A program made the position numbers and the translations under genes. A stretch of 64,000 bases of DNA from the NCBI GenBank assembly GCA_010093815.1, contig ML996565.1; one strand, written 5' to 3'. Shown here piece after piece: positions 37,319 through 50,772 of this stretch (the stretch's first letter is position 1; every line of letters begins with the position of its first letter). This DNA comes from Pseudovirgaria hyperparasitica (taxonomy: Eukaryota). The notes under the pieces were generated by a model. That model searched no databases. It had not been told where the DNA came from and worked only from the letters and a program-made list of their open reading frames with translations.

Positions 37319-37970
37319 TAGCCCCTTTCCGTGCTGTGTAGCATTGTAGGCGCTTGGTGTGCCAAAGTTGCGACGTGGAGTGATGTGTCCAGATGTACGT
37401 GTCGTGTCAGTGGGACCTTTGCTGAAGCCGTCTTGACGAATGACTTTTGGCGCGGTTTGTGCTGTTCTATCGTTGTTAGAAGCAGGCCTACCTTTGTTGA
37501 GTTATAGAATGAGGAGTTGAATTTACCGTGCCATGATCAGAAGGTGTGCATCTAACAGAAGCTACAGCAAAGTGGATTCTATACGGAGCAAGCGTACTTA
37601 GCAGTTCCAGCGTGGTCGAAGTGAAGATGCATCAGAGGAGAGTGCGCCGCCAGTTCCCAAATGGCACTTATGTAGGGTGGCGACAGAGGTTAGCCACAAC
37701 TTAAAAGCTAACAAGTATTCAGGCGCGTATGCCTAGCTCAACTAGGCAGAACGCGGTTCACATTACAAACACGTCCGCCGATCTCACAGAAATCCTAGGC
37801 AGCGCAGTGACAGCTTGTCGCTGGCAACTCATCGACTTCGGCACGCTCATGATAGCAGAATGGCCAAAGTAACGGCTGCAAGTAATTGATTGGGCTGATT
37901 TTCTATCAAATGTGTATATTCATGCACACTTCTGTAGCAAAGGCTTTGGACATTCCTACGCCCAGTCTCG

Positions 37971-39492
37971 TTATTGCTCAGAGTTGTGCCCTGTAGGACC
38001 CTGTGATGTGTCTGTGGGCACGTTAGCTGAATAGATTGAGGGCAGAGGGAGCATTTCTGACAATCAACAGTGACAAAGGCGCGATCAACTTCAGTTAGAC
38101 CTTCGAGACAGTATTGCAGCGTTTCAGCAATGTCGTGAGCTCTGTTCAGTGGACTCTCACCATCCACTAGCAAGTCAACCTCAACCCACACACCATCCCC
38201 TGCGTGGTAGGCTTTGATACTCTTATACGCGCCGACAAGCGGGGAAAACCGATATGCAAGGTACGTGATCTTTCGAAGTAGATTATCATCCGCGGCTGCA
38301 CCCGTCAATCTTGTGACATTCGCTATGCACGTTTCGGACCAGTCGTAGATGATGAAGAGTGATAGCAGAGCAGCGCCAACTGGATCAAGCCACCAGGTAT
38401 CGGTTTTGCTTCCAATGATTGGAAACAAGAGTGAAAGGGTATTGAAAATGACATCAGTCTTGCAGTCTTGTGCAAGAGCCTGAACTTGTGTGGTCTTGAT
38501 AGGCATGCAGCCGAACCAGATAATACCTTTAATGCCAATAGTACTTGCCATGGCCCCTATTGCAATTGCAGGAAGTGCTACAGCTGACTTTTCACCACCT
38601 GGGAGTAGCTTTTGTACAGACTCTTGAAGGATTTGCAGGAACGAGACAATCATGAGCTGGATTGGTTAGCTGGTAAAACACCTAGACTCCTCACTACTTG
38701 TACTTACGATTGAGAAAACAAGAATGCCCAACGGCTCTAGACGACGTCGCCCAACGGGAAACTTGGCCTTTAAGCGCTGCAGTCTCCAGTTGACCAACTT
38801 GTTCGTTGACCAGACAATCAGTGTACAAAGCAAGTCGAGCGCCGAATCAACCAAGGAAGCGATGAGCGAAAGTGATGATGAATAGAAGGCTGCAATGATC
38901 TTCGCGCCGAGTAGCAGAACATTGGCAATGACATTGATCTGCGGCTGTTAGTGAAATGAACATGCACCGAAACAAGAGTCATTCTCGCATTTATCGCCCA
39001 TTTTGCTTTCCTCTCACTCTTGATTCTCCTTTCTCGCTCTTCTTGGGGCAAGAGGTGCTCGACGCTTTCGTGCTCACGTTGCAGAGCGCCGCCTGTTTCA
39101 GCGAAGCCATCGTGATCGAGGTCAGCCGGGTTCATGGAATCAAGCACGTCGTCAGCCATTGACATGACCAATGCATCAACCTCGAGCCAATCATTGAGTC
39201 GCTGGTTCTGGTCTTCATAGAACTTCCGAACTTGTTTATTACTGATTTTCTTCAAGTCGTTTTGGCTTCTGCGGAACTTCTCCAGCGCGTGTCCATCAAT
39301 CTCTTCTTTCAATTTCTTCTTGAACTCATGCACACGGTCTCCCTCCACGGCCCGAAAGACTGCATCTCTAAATTTGAACTTTGCCAGCCTCAGATTCCTC
39401 CCACTCTCAAGATCCGCGTGTTTTGGAGCAATGTTCTTCCGGTTCGAGGTTCCATTTGTAGTTCCATAATTGAGCCGTCGCCCTGACACCAT
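37971..39492 (-). CDS. Cation diffusion facilitator (Mn-CDF/MTP-like) transporter
   Basis: SLVDSALDLL, FPVGRRRLEPLG, AQDCKTD, DPVGA, HDIAETLQ. Introns 38939-38988 (GC-AG), 38657-38707 and 38012-38061. Confidence 0.92.
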
Positions 39493-40019
39493 GGCTACGT
39501 GAAACAATGGAACCGGGAAACACAGTTGTAGTCCTGATTGCCTGGAATCGCGAAGATTTTCACGAAGAATCACTGATTGCGGACAGCCAAGGAACGAGAG
39601 AGAGACCAGTGACGTGTGTCAGTTCTATTTAGTACCTTGGGGCTCGCTACGAGGCCGCTGACATCATTCATTTGCCTTACTGAGGTGATCTCCGACCGCG
39701 TGTACAGGTGGACGATGCACGGCGCTTCCGGAGAATTCTGCGGCGCAAAGTTCTTCAATCATAGTAGCGAGTTGCATGGCGTCAAATGGATATGTGCGAC
39801 TGGTGTGAGTTGAGTGGGACGTGAACAATAAAGTATAAGATTATCTAGAAAGCCTTGAGGGTGTGGCAGGGCTCCGGCTCCCTGTTAGAACTAGTGTCTG
39901 GGCTTTCAGCCGAAGTTGAAGCTGAAGCTGGCTCCCCTCCACTGAATCTATCCATTTCCTTCACATCGTCTCAAAATCTGCAGCGCAATGCAACACCAAA
40001 TATCTACGAAAACCGTCGT

Positions 40020-41096
40020 CTACTCCTCACCTGATGGGCCGTCATACACTGTCCCCAGCGGTTCTGGGACTCCCAGGTCAGGCGTTCCGTCCATCCACCA
40101 ATCAACAATCTGAGCACTAGTGTATCTGTTACTGCCACAATTACCCGCGATGTCTGGCGTCGCATGGAAAATGTTCCACCATTGCGTTTGATCCGGACTG
40201 AGAAAAAAGGAATTATGTCCTGGTCCATTGTTGCCATTCGATGTTTCAAAATGAGGCCCGCTCTTGACCCAGTTCGCCATGTCCAACGGATCATTGCCTC
40301 GGTACTCCAGAATGCCAATGGTGTAGTTTGCAGTGCTGCAGTGACTTGCTGAGAATGCAATATATGTACGGCCATCTTTGTACATGGCTGTTGGGCCTTC
40401 ATTGACCGGAAAGCCATTTCTCTCCCATGGAGCCGACGGCTGGGACAGCGTCCGGCGCTCCCCAAGTCGACCAGGTTCTTCGAGTGTGGCAATGCAGAGA
40501 CTCTGGTCTTGGCTTGGTCCATCACGGCAGGAGAACATGAAGTATCTTCTTTTGTTAACAATAAGAACAGAGCCATCGATGCCCCATTCACTGCTCATCT
40601 GGCCGAGGTAACTGTACGGATCCCACGGACTTGAACCACCTGGCAATGGTAAGCGCTTTTGTCCTTTGTTTTTGGCTAATGTTTATACCTTTGAGCACAT
40701 GCAGGCGATTGGAGTCTGTATCGCAAGCACTGGCAGAGTAGTATAGATACCAGCTGTGTACGACTTGTAAGCGTTGGCCCAAACACATTTACAATCCTGT
40801 GCTTACTTTCCATCCAGCAAATGGATTTCTGGCGCCCATAGGTCGCATTTTCGAGAAGGCTCAGTATCCGAGAACACAATTTTGTGCTCACCGGTCTTTA
40901 GACTTTCGAGATTCTTTGCACGAGTGATCTGGATCGTGGGCGAAGTTGTAGTGGTCAAATACCAAAACCCATCATGCCAGACAATAAAAGGGTCTGCACC
41001 GTCCACTTCTTTCAACGGATTACTGTATTTGGCTGCGTGTACCAGGGTGAATACCGATACAACAGTGGCAAGTATATGATAGATCGAGAGAAGCAT
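40020..41096 (-). CDS. Secreted GH43 alpha-L-arabinofuranosidase-like glycosidase
   Basis: Signal peptide, GADPFI, WAPEIH, WGIDGS, VNEGP, GPGHNSFF. Introns 40754-40806 and 40640-40688. Confidence 0.9.
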
Positions 41097-43237
41097 GTTG
41101 GCGTGCTTGATGGATAAGACTTGTGGTGCTGCACGCAAGGTCAACTTATCTACCGGTGGGCCCCTTATATGCTATTTCAATTACACATATGCGAAAATAC
41201 AGAAAGACATCATCACCCGGCGAAGTCGTCTATTCGCATCAGCAGGGGGAGATCGTCGTGAAGGAGGCATACAGCTGGTCAGCAAGCCCCATTAACGACA
41301 CCGACTCGTTCGCGATCAGCAGGATGACACAAGCAGTGAAAGGAACCATGGTTCAAGGTCCAGTATTGTAGGTAAGGAATTGCTACCATAGTGTGGTGCG
41401 TTCTTACTTCAGATATCTTGGTCACTGTATTTGCTATGATGGAGGGATCAAGTATGAACTGGCGTATATCAATAGGTCACGCTCTGCAGGATGTCCAACC
41501 AAATGGATGAATTATATTGTGGCAACCATAAGGCATGGACTTGTGATGTAAGTGGGAAATCTCTCCCATATTCTTAACAGGTGTCTTTTCAGAGCTTTGA
41601 ACCCTGCCACCACGTCGTGCATACGCTGCCATTTTTACCAAGCCCTACAGCCAAAGAACTCATACTTGGTGTCGTACAACCTCTCTCGTGATGCGACGAA
41701 GCGGTGCACCACCGACTCAAACCATGAAAACGTTTTGACCACGAGGCTTATACTGTGCCACACAACTTTTATAACGTCATTCGAAGATCGACTACCCCAG
41801 ATTCTCTGTGCGACGCCGATGGAGTTTCGCACACCCTTCAGACATGTGGCATGGACCATTCCGACGCATCATTTTGATATAAATCCTTCAGTGACGTCAA
41901 GTGCTTATATATTGGGCCTCAGTTTCTCGGCACTTACCAGTCGCCTGCCAGTGATATGATTCCTCAATCCTGTCGAAGCATATAGAACATGTGGACAGCA
42001 CATTCTGAAGAGTATATGGACCTACGTATGATATCGTGTAACCTTGGGCAAGATGCATTGGGGGGGCACCTATTGGCCTCTGGAGATGTTAGTGATTCGA
42101 GCAAGGCGATTTATCTCCAGGGGCAGAAACAAGGATTTGTGATTATGTCGGGTCATCTGCCATGTGTTCTCTGAGCCTCAGCACTCTCACTCGGGTACAA
42201 ATCATTATATTGCGCTGTGGTCTCTCCAGGCCCAGTATCTAGGACATCTGATATAGGACTGAAAATAGGAATTATAGATAATGAGGTTCGCCAAATCGGA
42301 TTATAACATAACAAGTAACGCGTCATGCCATTTCGACGCCTCAAGCTGGCTTTATAAACACAAACCAACCTAAGGAAGCCCGTGTGGCTCGCAAGTATGT
42401 ACCCACCTACACTCATGGTATTAGTTAGGTAGAGCACGAAGAAAGGCGTGATTTCATTGAGCGGCCATTAACGTGCGATAGTGGTACTCGTCACTTCCAA
42501 AATCCGAGGACTTGATTCGTGTTCGACAGGCACACTCAATCAGGGCGGGCCCGCACCTCCTCGTGCATTGTCATCACTCCGCTTGTCTTCAAGAACAGCA
42601 CTGAAATCATGTTGCACAGGACATGCACGTGTATTGCTTTGGTAACCCGGTGTTCGTAAGAGTAAATCAAGCACGCGCACTGAATCATCTGCGTTGTCAA
42701 AGCTGGCACGCCCAGCAACGGGGGCGAGAGCTTCGTGTCCACATGTAAGACGACGAAGAGCGAGCTGATCAGAGGGTGGTGTATGTTGGATCAGCGGCTC
42801 TGGTGAAATTGACTTGGATGAGGATGTGGAAATGATTGATTCGTGAGTGTGGGTTTGAACGCCTTTCAAAACAACTTGAAAAGGTATAGAAAGCTACATG
42901 CCAGGTAGTCATTGACTTTCGTGAGTGCTTCTAAGAGTCTCAGTCATATACATACAGAAATATTCTGGGCATCAATCCGGCTTGATGGACGTTAGAGCCA
43001 CGTCGCATGTTTATAGTTGCGACTAGTGACCTATGTTGGTAGTCTCAAGGAGAATATGAGCGTTCTTCTCCCTTTGTACTTTTAGCTCGGATCGGGGTCG
43101 ATTGGTTTGCCTTATTTTACAGCCATATGACAGTTACAGAATTCAAAATAGGTATAATTTGGGGATGCGCAACGCTCGTATAGTTACCGACGCGATATAT
43201 CGACCATTATAGGGAACACGCAAAGGATACGCCAATC

Positions 43238-44029
43238 TCACCATCCTTGATTAACAAATCGTTGCACTCGTCTGGTGACATATGAGAACCCCTGAGCAAA
43301 CCTACGTCGCCATCTTACGCTCTTCAAACGCTTTCTTTTCATGCCCGCTCTCTCGTGAAATTTCTGGCTCAAGTGAGTAGCTCTAATCTTGTTCTTTGTA
43401 ACAATCATTGTCAACGTGGTAATGGCCTTTTGAAGATCTGAACCGCCAGGCGTTTTAACCTCGCGACCAAGGCCTCGGTATAGGCGCGGGTAGCTATATT
43501 TTTGAGGTTCTAGCCCGGGGGACAGAGCGCTCGTGAGACCAGGGGCAGACTGTGTGGTCCCGAAGTCGAGAAGGTGCATTTCTAGTTTGGGTTGTGTGGA
43601 CTGGAGTGGTTTGGGTGACCAATCCTTGCCAAAGTTCCCGTCGAGGAATTTGCGACTTTCCGCAGAGGAGGTTCTTGTAGGTCGTGAGAAAGCTGAACCA
43701 TTCATAACAGCGTCGAAGCCATCAAGATGTGTGGTACTTGGTCCCCGTTTACTTCGACTATTGTTTGTAAATAACAAGGATGGGCTTTGTTTTCTTCGTG
43801 TCTCTTCCTGTTTGACACCTCTGTTGGGCTGCAGTATTGGACCCAGTGCGTCTTCCTGTTGCTGACGCGATGTACTTGAGAGCGATCGTAGCGAGGTAAA
43901 AGCTGTTCGTGCATAATCTGAACGGCAAAGAAGTGCTCGACGAGAGTGTAATGCCGAATGGAAACTTCCAGGAAAAGTTGTTCGCCGGGAACGCAGCAGC
44001 GCCGACGCGGCGCGTTGTGTTTCCATCAT
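43238..44029 (-). CDS. MRP21: Mitochondrial ribosomal protein bS21m-like
   Basis: Arg/Ser-rich presequence. C-terminal QKFHERAGMKRKRLKSVRWRRRFAQGF...QGW. Confidence 0.85.
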   Translation of the reverse strand: MMETQRAASALLRSRRTTFPGSFHSALHSRRALLCRSDYARTAFTSLRSLSSTSRQQQEDALGPILQPNRGVKQEETRRKQSPSLLFTNNSRSKRGPSTTHLDGFDAVMNGSAFSRPTRTSSAESRKFLDGNFGKDWSPKPLQSTQPKLEMHLLDFGTTQSAPGLTSALSPGLEPQKYSYPRLYRGLGREVKTPGGSDLQKAITTLTMIVTKNKIRATHLSQKFHERAGMKRKRLKSVRWRRRFAQGFSYVTRRVQRFVNQGW

Positions 44030-44361
44030 AAGTAGACCTCAAATCCCGCAGAGAAATGGAGAAAGGAATATACACGGCATGTGCTTATAAGTCAAGTGAT
44101 GGACTGTACGTTGCGGTTGTATCCAACTCTCCTTTACGTACATGAATTCTTTGGAAAACGGGTCAACTTCGGTAGAACCGCGCGACGCGGCGCGGCGCCG
44201 CATTCATAACTTAAGCTTTCGAAGCTTTGATTCCGCTCGCGCACTCACTCTTTCAGCTGGCATTTTCGAGTTCTTCCTGATAGCGCCTCCTTCAAAGAGG
44301 CCGAATACAAATCGGTTCTTTACGATACCCCAGTTCCGCCTTTCGTGCTTGAGAAGCATCC
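44030..44361. promoter_or_regulatory. Short divergent promoter with CGCG-rich element
   Basis: About 330 bp between two head-to-head housekeeping genes. CCGCGCGACGCGGCGCGGCG at about 44178-44197. Confidence 0.5.
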
Positions 44362-46851
44362 ATGTACAACTACCAGCAACGTAGGATCTCTTATCTCTCT
44401 CGACATTACAAGTCCATGCTAATCCGAATGATACAGCTCCAGCTCAATTTGGGCGCCAGCCAAGCTATGGCAGTTATCCCGGCCAGTCGGCTTCTCCAGG
44501 CGTGCCTGGTATGGGCGCACCGCCGGGCATGGGTATGCCAATTCCAGCTGACTTGCCATTTTGACCATACTGACGCGTTGTCTAGGAGGACCACCAGGTA
44601 TACCACCTGGCGGCGCGCCACCTGGTATACATCAAACCCAGACACCGCAGCCTGGACGGTCCAGCGGGCTCCCATCAAACTTCCAGCCACCCCCAAATCT
44701 AAATTTCAACGCCCCAGTCATACGTTTGGGAACTTCTGGTCCGATTAGGCCTGACAATCGCCAGATTAACACCGAAACCATGGTAGCAGGTCCACGAAGA
44801 GGACTAGGAATGGGTAGCGGAACAGAGCAACAGCGCCAGCAAATACGAGAAAACATGATGGCCCTGGCTCCGCCCTCAAGAGAAGAGGTCGCGCGCACTA
44901 TCTTTGTTGGCAACATCACGGAAGGAGTTGGCGGTGATGAGGGTCTCGAGCGGATCTTACGCACAGCAGGAGGCCTCCGTCGTTGGACTCGAGCGTCAGA
45001 CGCTGATGGAAAACCTTGCAAGTTCGGCTTCGCAGAGTACGAAGATGCTGAAAGTCTCGAAACGGCAATAGAGATTTTTCAGAACATCGAAATCCCTACG
45101 AGGAAGATCGAAGCAAATGGGACTAATGGAAAGAGCGAGGACGACGTGCAGCCGGAGATGTCCATACTCCTTGTAAGCATGTTACGAACATCACAGAAAC
45201 AAAAAGCTCACGTACAACAGGTCGTCGTAGACGAAGCTTCTAAGAAATATGCTGAAGACTGGAAAGGTAAACGTAACGAATCGGAAGAAACTGTCCAATT
45301 CCGGCTCGACTCCGCAAAGGAAAATCTTGCGGGTGTCCTGGCAAGCTTGCAGCATCCACAGACTACGCACACCGGTGATCGAGATGGTGATATTGTCATG
45401 GGCGATGCGCAAGTGCGCTCAGACCCCGTGACTGGAGAAGTTATAACGATCCCGCTCAGCGTCGACGACGAACTGTCCGATATTCCCGCGGAAATGAGGG
45501 AAACTGTTGCTGCAGAGATTGCGGCATTTAGGGAGCGTAGCACTCGACGCGACTTGGAGAGACTGAGGCGTGAAGAAGAAATGGAAGCTGCTGAACGACA
45601 GCGTGCAATGGGTGCTCGACGATCCCCTCCGGCTTCTGCGCCGACTGGTCCTGGTGGCGCCAATGGTATTCCTCTTGGGCCTAGAGAGCGAGGTGTTGCG
45701 GGTGCGCCGAGTGGGCCAAAAGGCTTTCAAGGAGCGCAAATACCCAAGGACTATCAGGCAGGTGTCAACTTTGTGAACGGCGGCACGAACGGCACTGTGG
45801 GTTGGATCAGTCGCGAAGATGATGATGATCCTGCAAGCGATTCCGAAATTGAGAGCCGTCGCCGGGCGAAACTGGAAGCAGAACAGGAGAAGGCTTTCCT
45901 GGAGTACGAACGACGATGGGAGAATCGTGAGAAACAGAAGATTGCAGCTATTCAGCGAGAAAAGGCTAGAGAAGAAGATGACAAAGCAAGAGAGGAGAAA
46001 GACCGAGCAAACATGGCCAAGAGACTTGCAGAATGGAATGACGATGTCGAAGCCACTCGGCAGGTTGAAGAATTCTATAGAGATCGCACCCAGTGGGCTC
46101 GCAATCGTGCCATCTTCCGCGGTCATGAAGCTCGAAATGACGATCGAGATAGAGCTGACGAAGACCGTGAGAAACAGCGAGAATATAAGGAGCGAGAACG
46201 GACTCGCGGTCTCGCCGACTCATTCCTCGACCGCCAGGCCGAAGAAATGGAGTCCCGTGTTCAGGCACCCCGCGAGCCTCAAAGATTTAAGATGTCTCTT
46301 GGTGCTGCAGCTCAAAAGGTGCAAGCTGCCACTAAGCCTGTTCGTACTGCTGCAGAGGTGGAAGGTTTGTTGGAAGACGAGGAAGACGTCGATGTCTCAA
46401 ACAAGCGGTCCATCATTCCCATCAAAATCGATACACAAGCAGAAGGCGCGCTGCTCAGCGAAGAAGAGCGAAAGACAGCAGCACAACGTCTTGCAGGAGA
46501 AATACCAAACGACACCGAAGCCTTGTGGAACTGGGACATCCGTTGGGATTTCCTGGACGACTCTGTTGTAAATGATCAGCTTATGCCATTCATTGAGCGC
46601 AAGATCGTCGAATATTTGGGTGTGCAAGAGCAGATGCTGGTAGACGAAGTTTCTACTCACATCAAGAAACGGCAGAGGCCGGAAAAGCTAGTCGAGGAGC
46701 TTTCAATTGTGAGTTTTGCTCTGGGCTAGAGTTTCGATCACAGCTAACACTTCTGCAGGCGCTTGACGACGAGGCCGAGGTACTTGTTAAGAAATTATGG
46801 AGGATGATCATATTCTTCTCCGAGAGCGAAAAGCGCGGTATTGCGGGCTGA
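44362..46851 (+). CDS. SNU71: U1 snRNP-associated Snu71/RBM25-like protein (RRM, charged region, PWI)
   Basis: RTIFVGNI, CKFGFAEY, C-terminal PWI-like KIVEYLGVQE...LDDEAEVLVKKLWRMIIF. Introns 44381-44436, 44533-44585, 45173-45220 and 46709-46758. Confidence 0.88.
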
Positions 46852-47744
46852 GGGTGCAGCTAAGTCCAAGTCTGTCTATCTACCCCAATTGATGAAAACA
46901 ATATTAAGAACATATTCTAGGACCACCTCTCGCCCTTGATTCCGGTTTAGTCAGTTGTTACAGTAAGCATCTAGGAAAGGCGTGCGGCTGCTATGGTATG
47001 TAGACAAAATTAAGCAGCGTAAACCACAACAGCAGCCGAATGGTTCACAAGCATGGTGCGTGGTTCTGTGGCACAAGCCATTTGACTGTGTCTAATACAT
47101 GTTCTAGCGACTAGCACAATACTGAGATATGGTTGCCACATGGCGATTTCAAAAAAAGTCTTTGGGTATGTCAGTCAGTTCTTCTTGTATAATCATATAT
47201 ACCTCCAGTGATCGTATGAAGTCACTTTTTTAGATTCTATGCTTATGGACGGTGAGTTTGTCATCGGCTGTGTACCACAACACTGGCTTTTGGTACTCTG
47301 TAAAGCACATTTCGCCTCAAGTTATTCTATCTGCCGTATTGGCAAACGAGGTTCGTATGTTAATTACTCGAGAATCAAAGAGCTTGAAGATAGCCCTCTT
47401 CCCGGGGTTGACGTCATATCCCAGAATGAGTTTTAGTTTGTGCTTTCATACTCGGGGCCAGAGGCCGGCAGGGGACAAGAGACACTCAGCCGCCACCACA
47501 GGACCACAGTCACCGCTTCGTTCGTCGCAAACCCAAGGTAAATCATTAGCTGATGAAAAAGACTTTGTGCCCGATGTTATTTATATGCGGCAAGATTGAT
47601 GCCCTGTCATCCTAGTCTTTGGGGTTGAGTACTGTGCTATGTGACCGGAAGGCATCGATCTTGATTTGAGTATAAGTATTCACATCCTCGTTCTGCATTT
47701 CACATATTGTCGAGTCCCATTTTCCGAACCACCCCACAATCATC

Positions 47745-49556
47745 ATGTCAGCAAGTGAAAGTGTGCCTGGAACAGAACTACTCTACGACAATGGCGATAG
47801 GGACCCAGAGACCTCGAGAAGACTTCAAAACCTACAGCATGTTCGACATGGCGACGGACATATCATACTGGTTCCCCAACCGTCTTTGCATGACCCTAAT
47901 GACCCACTGCGATGGTCAACAGCGAAGAAATGGACAACATTCCTCAACGGCGTGTTCTATGCCTTCATCGGGTCCGTCACAGGACCTCTGGTAGCAGCAG
48001 GTATGCATTCTACACCCTCGAGTACGATAATTAATGATGTGGAGGTATGATCCCACTCTCTGAGTTTTTCGGCGTCTCTCTGCAAATGATATCCTACTCC
48101 AACGGCGCAAACCTCGCCTGCCAAGGTGTGGCGACCACCATTTGGATGTACGCATGCTCCCGCCAGTATTCGTATGCTCGCTGACATAGTATCAGGCCGT
48201 TTGCCGTCAAATACGGACGCCGTCCCATCTACTTTTTCTCAAACATTCTAATGGGTGTCGCATGCGTATGGCTCGCGCTCGCCTCGCGCGCCTCGTACAC
48301 TCCCTACCTCGTCGGCCGCGCCTTTCTGGGCATCTGGCAAGCGCCCATCGAATCCATCGTACCGAGCACCGTGACAGACCTGTTTTTCCTGCATGATCGC
48401 GGGGCGAAGGTCAGCATATATGGCTTGAGTGTCCTGGGTGGTAACGAGCTAGGGCCATTATTGAGTGCGTTTATCATCCAGAGTCTGGGCGTCGCGTGGA
48501 GTTTTTGGATCATGGGTATCGTAGTATTCGTGAGTTGTGTGGCGATGTTTTTTAGTATGCCGGAGACGCTCTATATGGGGCCAAGGCCATCGATTCGAGC
48601 CTTGACTGCGGGCGTTGAGGAGAAGTCGAGTCGTGGGACGAGTATGTCTGGGGACACGGAATCGCCCAGTGGCAATATCAACGACCAGCACAGCGGCGTC
48701 AAGCCGGTCGAAAAGAGGACTTACTTGTCAGAACTCAAATTCTGGGGCTTGAATGATCCCAATGTCAACCTCCTCCACGCCTTCCTGCGCCCTTTTATCC
48801 TTTTCACCTACCCCACCGTCCTCTGGGCATGTATCGTATACGGCTTTTCTCTCTCCTGGAACGTCATCTTAGGCGCGACCGTTGCACAGCTGTTTGCACC
48901 GCCGTGAGTCATACCCACCAGTAACGCCACGAAGGCCCCTTCCTCTCGAGCGACTATACTAACAACATTCTCGCAGGCCATATAACTTTGATTCCTCTGC
49001 CCAAGGCCTTATATTCGTCTCCCCACTCATCGGATCGCTCATAGGTACATACATCTGCGGGCCTCTCGCCGACCGTATCGCCAACACCGCCACCCGGCGC
49101 AACGGTGGGATTCGCGAGCCCGAGATGCGACTGCCCACATGTGCCATTGCGGCCACGCTGACGTTCTTCGGCGTGCTCATCACCTCCCTGACATATACGC
49201 ATCAAACGCACTGGATAGGCCCGCTATTTGGAATCGGGGTGTTTAGTACGGGTGCGCAGATGGGCGCAACGTTGAGTATGAGCTATGTACTGGACTGCCA
49301 TCGTGAGCTGAGTGTAGAGTTGATGGTTAGTGTTGCGGCGCTGAAGAGCTTGATTGCGTGGATCTGGACGTGGGTCGTCAATGATTGGATTGAGAGGGAT
49401 GGGATGATGGTTGTGTATATGAGCATTGCGGCGATCAATGTTGCCGTATATCTCACCACAATCGTACTCTATATATATGGGAAGAGACTGAGAGTGTGGA
49501 TTCATAGTAGAGATTTGCTGGGCGAGTTGGGCTTGAGGGACAGGTTGGGGAGGTGA
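47745..49556 (+). CDS. MFS transporter (HOL1/DHA1-like)
   Basis: LVPQPS.DPNDPLRWS, KYGRRPIY, DLFFLHDRG, NGGIREPEMRL. Introns 48001-48044, 48148-48195 and 48904-48976. Confidence 0.9.
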
Positions 49557-49950
49557 TGATCTTGATTGCTTCCCACTGGGTCTAGTCAAAGGTGGTCCTT
49601 TGGATCCTCGCCGGAGTCCTTGGTTATTCACCGCAGACTTGCAGTCTCGCTTTTGTCACCTGGCGCAGAATAACGATTGAGGTTTTATGTCTCCTTTCCG
49701 GGTAACTTCCACCTTGGCAGCACCAACATCGAATGTGTTATCGTGGCAAGCAACATGCTAAGCCTCGCGTAGACTCGACATATTCGATCTAATTACTGCG
49801 AGGAATCAGATTGCGAGACTCATCCTCCGCACGTAACAGCTTATTAGTGTTATAGCATTATCTTACAATTACTACCAACGCAAAGAAATATGGCGAAAAG
49901 GAAAAGATGACATGATCAGGAGTATTACAAACACGTCGATTAAACACGTC

Positions 49951-50772
49951 TTATATGCTCTCCTTCGCCTTCCCTGACGGTCCCTTTTGCGAGTACTTCT
50001 CCTCCTTCGCTTTCGCCTCTTCCTTCGCTTTCGCCTCTTCCTTCGCTTTCGCCTCTTCCTTCGCTTTCGCCTCTTCCTTCGCTTTCGCCTCCTCCTTAGC
50101 CTTATTATCCATCTTCTCTCTCGCTCTCGCCTCGTCTTCCTTCGACTTCTGTTTCATATCCTGGAAATGCTGCTTGAACTCCTCCGCTTTGGCCACCTCC
50201 TCCTTCCTCTCCATCTCCCACTCCTTAGCCTCATGATCCGCCTTCTCTCTCTCCTTCGCCTCCGCCTCCTGCTGTTTCGAACTCCCAGCAAACGCCCTCA
50301 CTGCCAAATAATACAGCTCTGCCATAACTTTACACGCGATCCGGTGCTTCTGCGTGTGACAATAATCGAGAAGATCACTGTGGAACTTATTGTCCACCTG
50401 CTTCCGGTGCTTGTCGTCGAAGCTGTGCTGACGCTTGAGGTTGCGGTACCCGAAGTCGTGACGTGAGCACATGTCGCTAAACTTGAAGCCTAGCGGACTC
50501 TCGGACGCGTAGCTGCAGCCATTGTAGCTGAAGTCGAAGCAGTCGGGCGTCTTTGCCTCGCGGAATTTGAGGAACTCGGCGAGTGAGAGTTCCAGGGTGA
50601 TTTTCTGTGTCGAGGCTTCGGAACAGTCTGGGACCGTGACAACTGGGGCTTCGTCCCGTGGGAGGACATGTTGATGAAGCGGCTTGGACGAGGGTGAGAG
50701 TGGATGAGGATGTGGGTTTGCGGTAACGAGGGTGGAGAGTGGTAGCGCAGTCACTGCTATGAGGAGCTTCAT
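49951..50772 (-). CDS. Secreted phospholipase A2 (prokaryotic/fungal type) with charged helical tail
   Basis: Signal peptide, GCS...PLGFKF..MCSRHDFGYRNLK, VDNKFHSDL...C, YYLAVRAF. Confidence 0.88.
   Translation of the reverse strand: MKLLIAVTALPLSTLVTANPHPHPLSPSSKPLHQHVLPRDEAPVVTVPDCSEASTQKITLELSLAEFLKFREAKTPDCFDFSYNGCSYASESPLGFKFSDMCSRHDFGYRNLKRQHSFDDKHRKQVDNKFHSDLLDYCHTQKHRIACKVMAELYYLAVRAFAGSSKQQEAEAKEREKADHEAKEWEMERKEEVAKAEEFKQHFQDMKQKSKEDEARAREKMDNKAKEEAKAKEEAKAKEEAKAKEEAKAKEEAKAKEEKYSQKGPSGKAKESI
50001..50103. repeat. 18-bp coding tandem repeat (AKEEAK) of about 5-6 units
   Basis: TCCTTCGCTTTCGCCTCT repeated directly. Confidence 0.92.

Noticed and set aside
49955..50466. Plus-strand FAFASS and LRFRLF repeat ORFs
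   Set aside because: Antisense readings of the PLA2 18-bp repeat.
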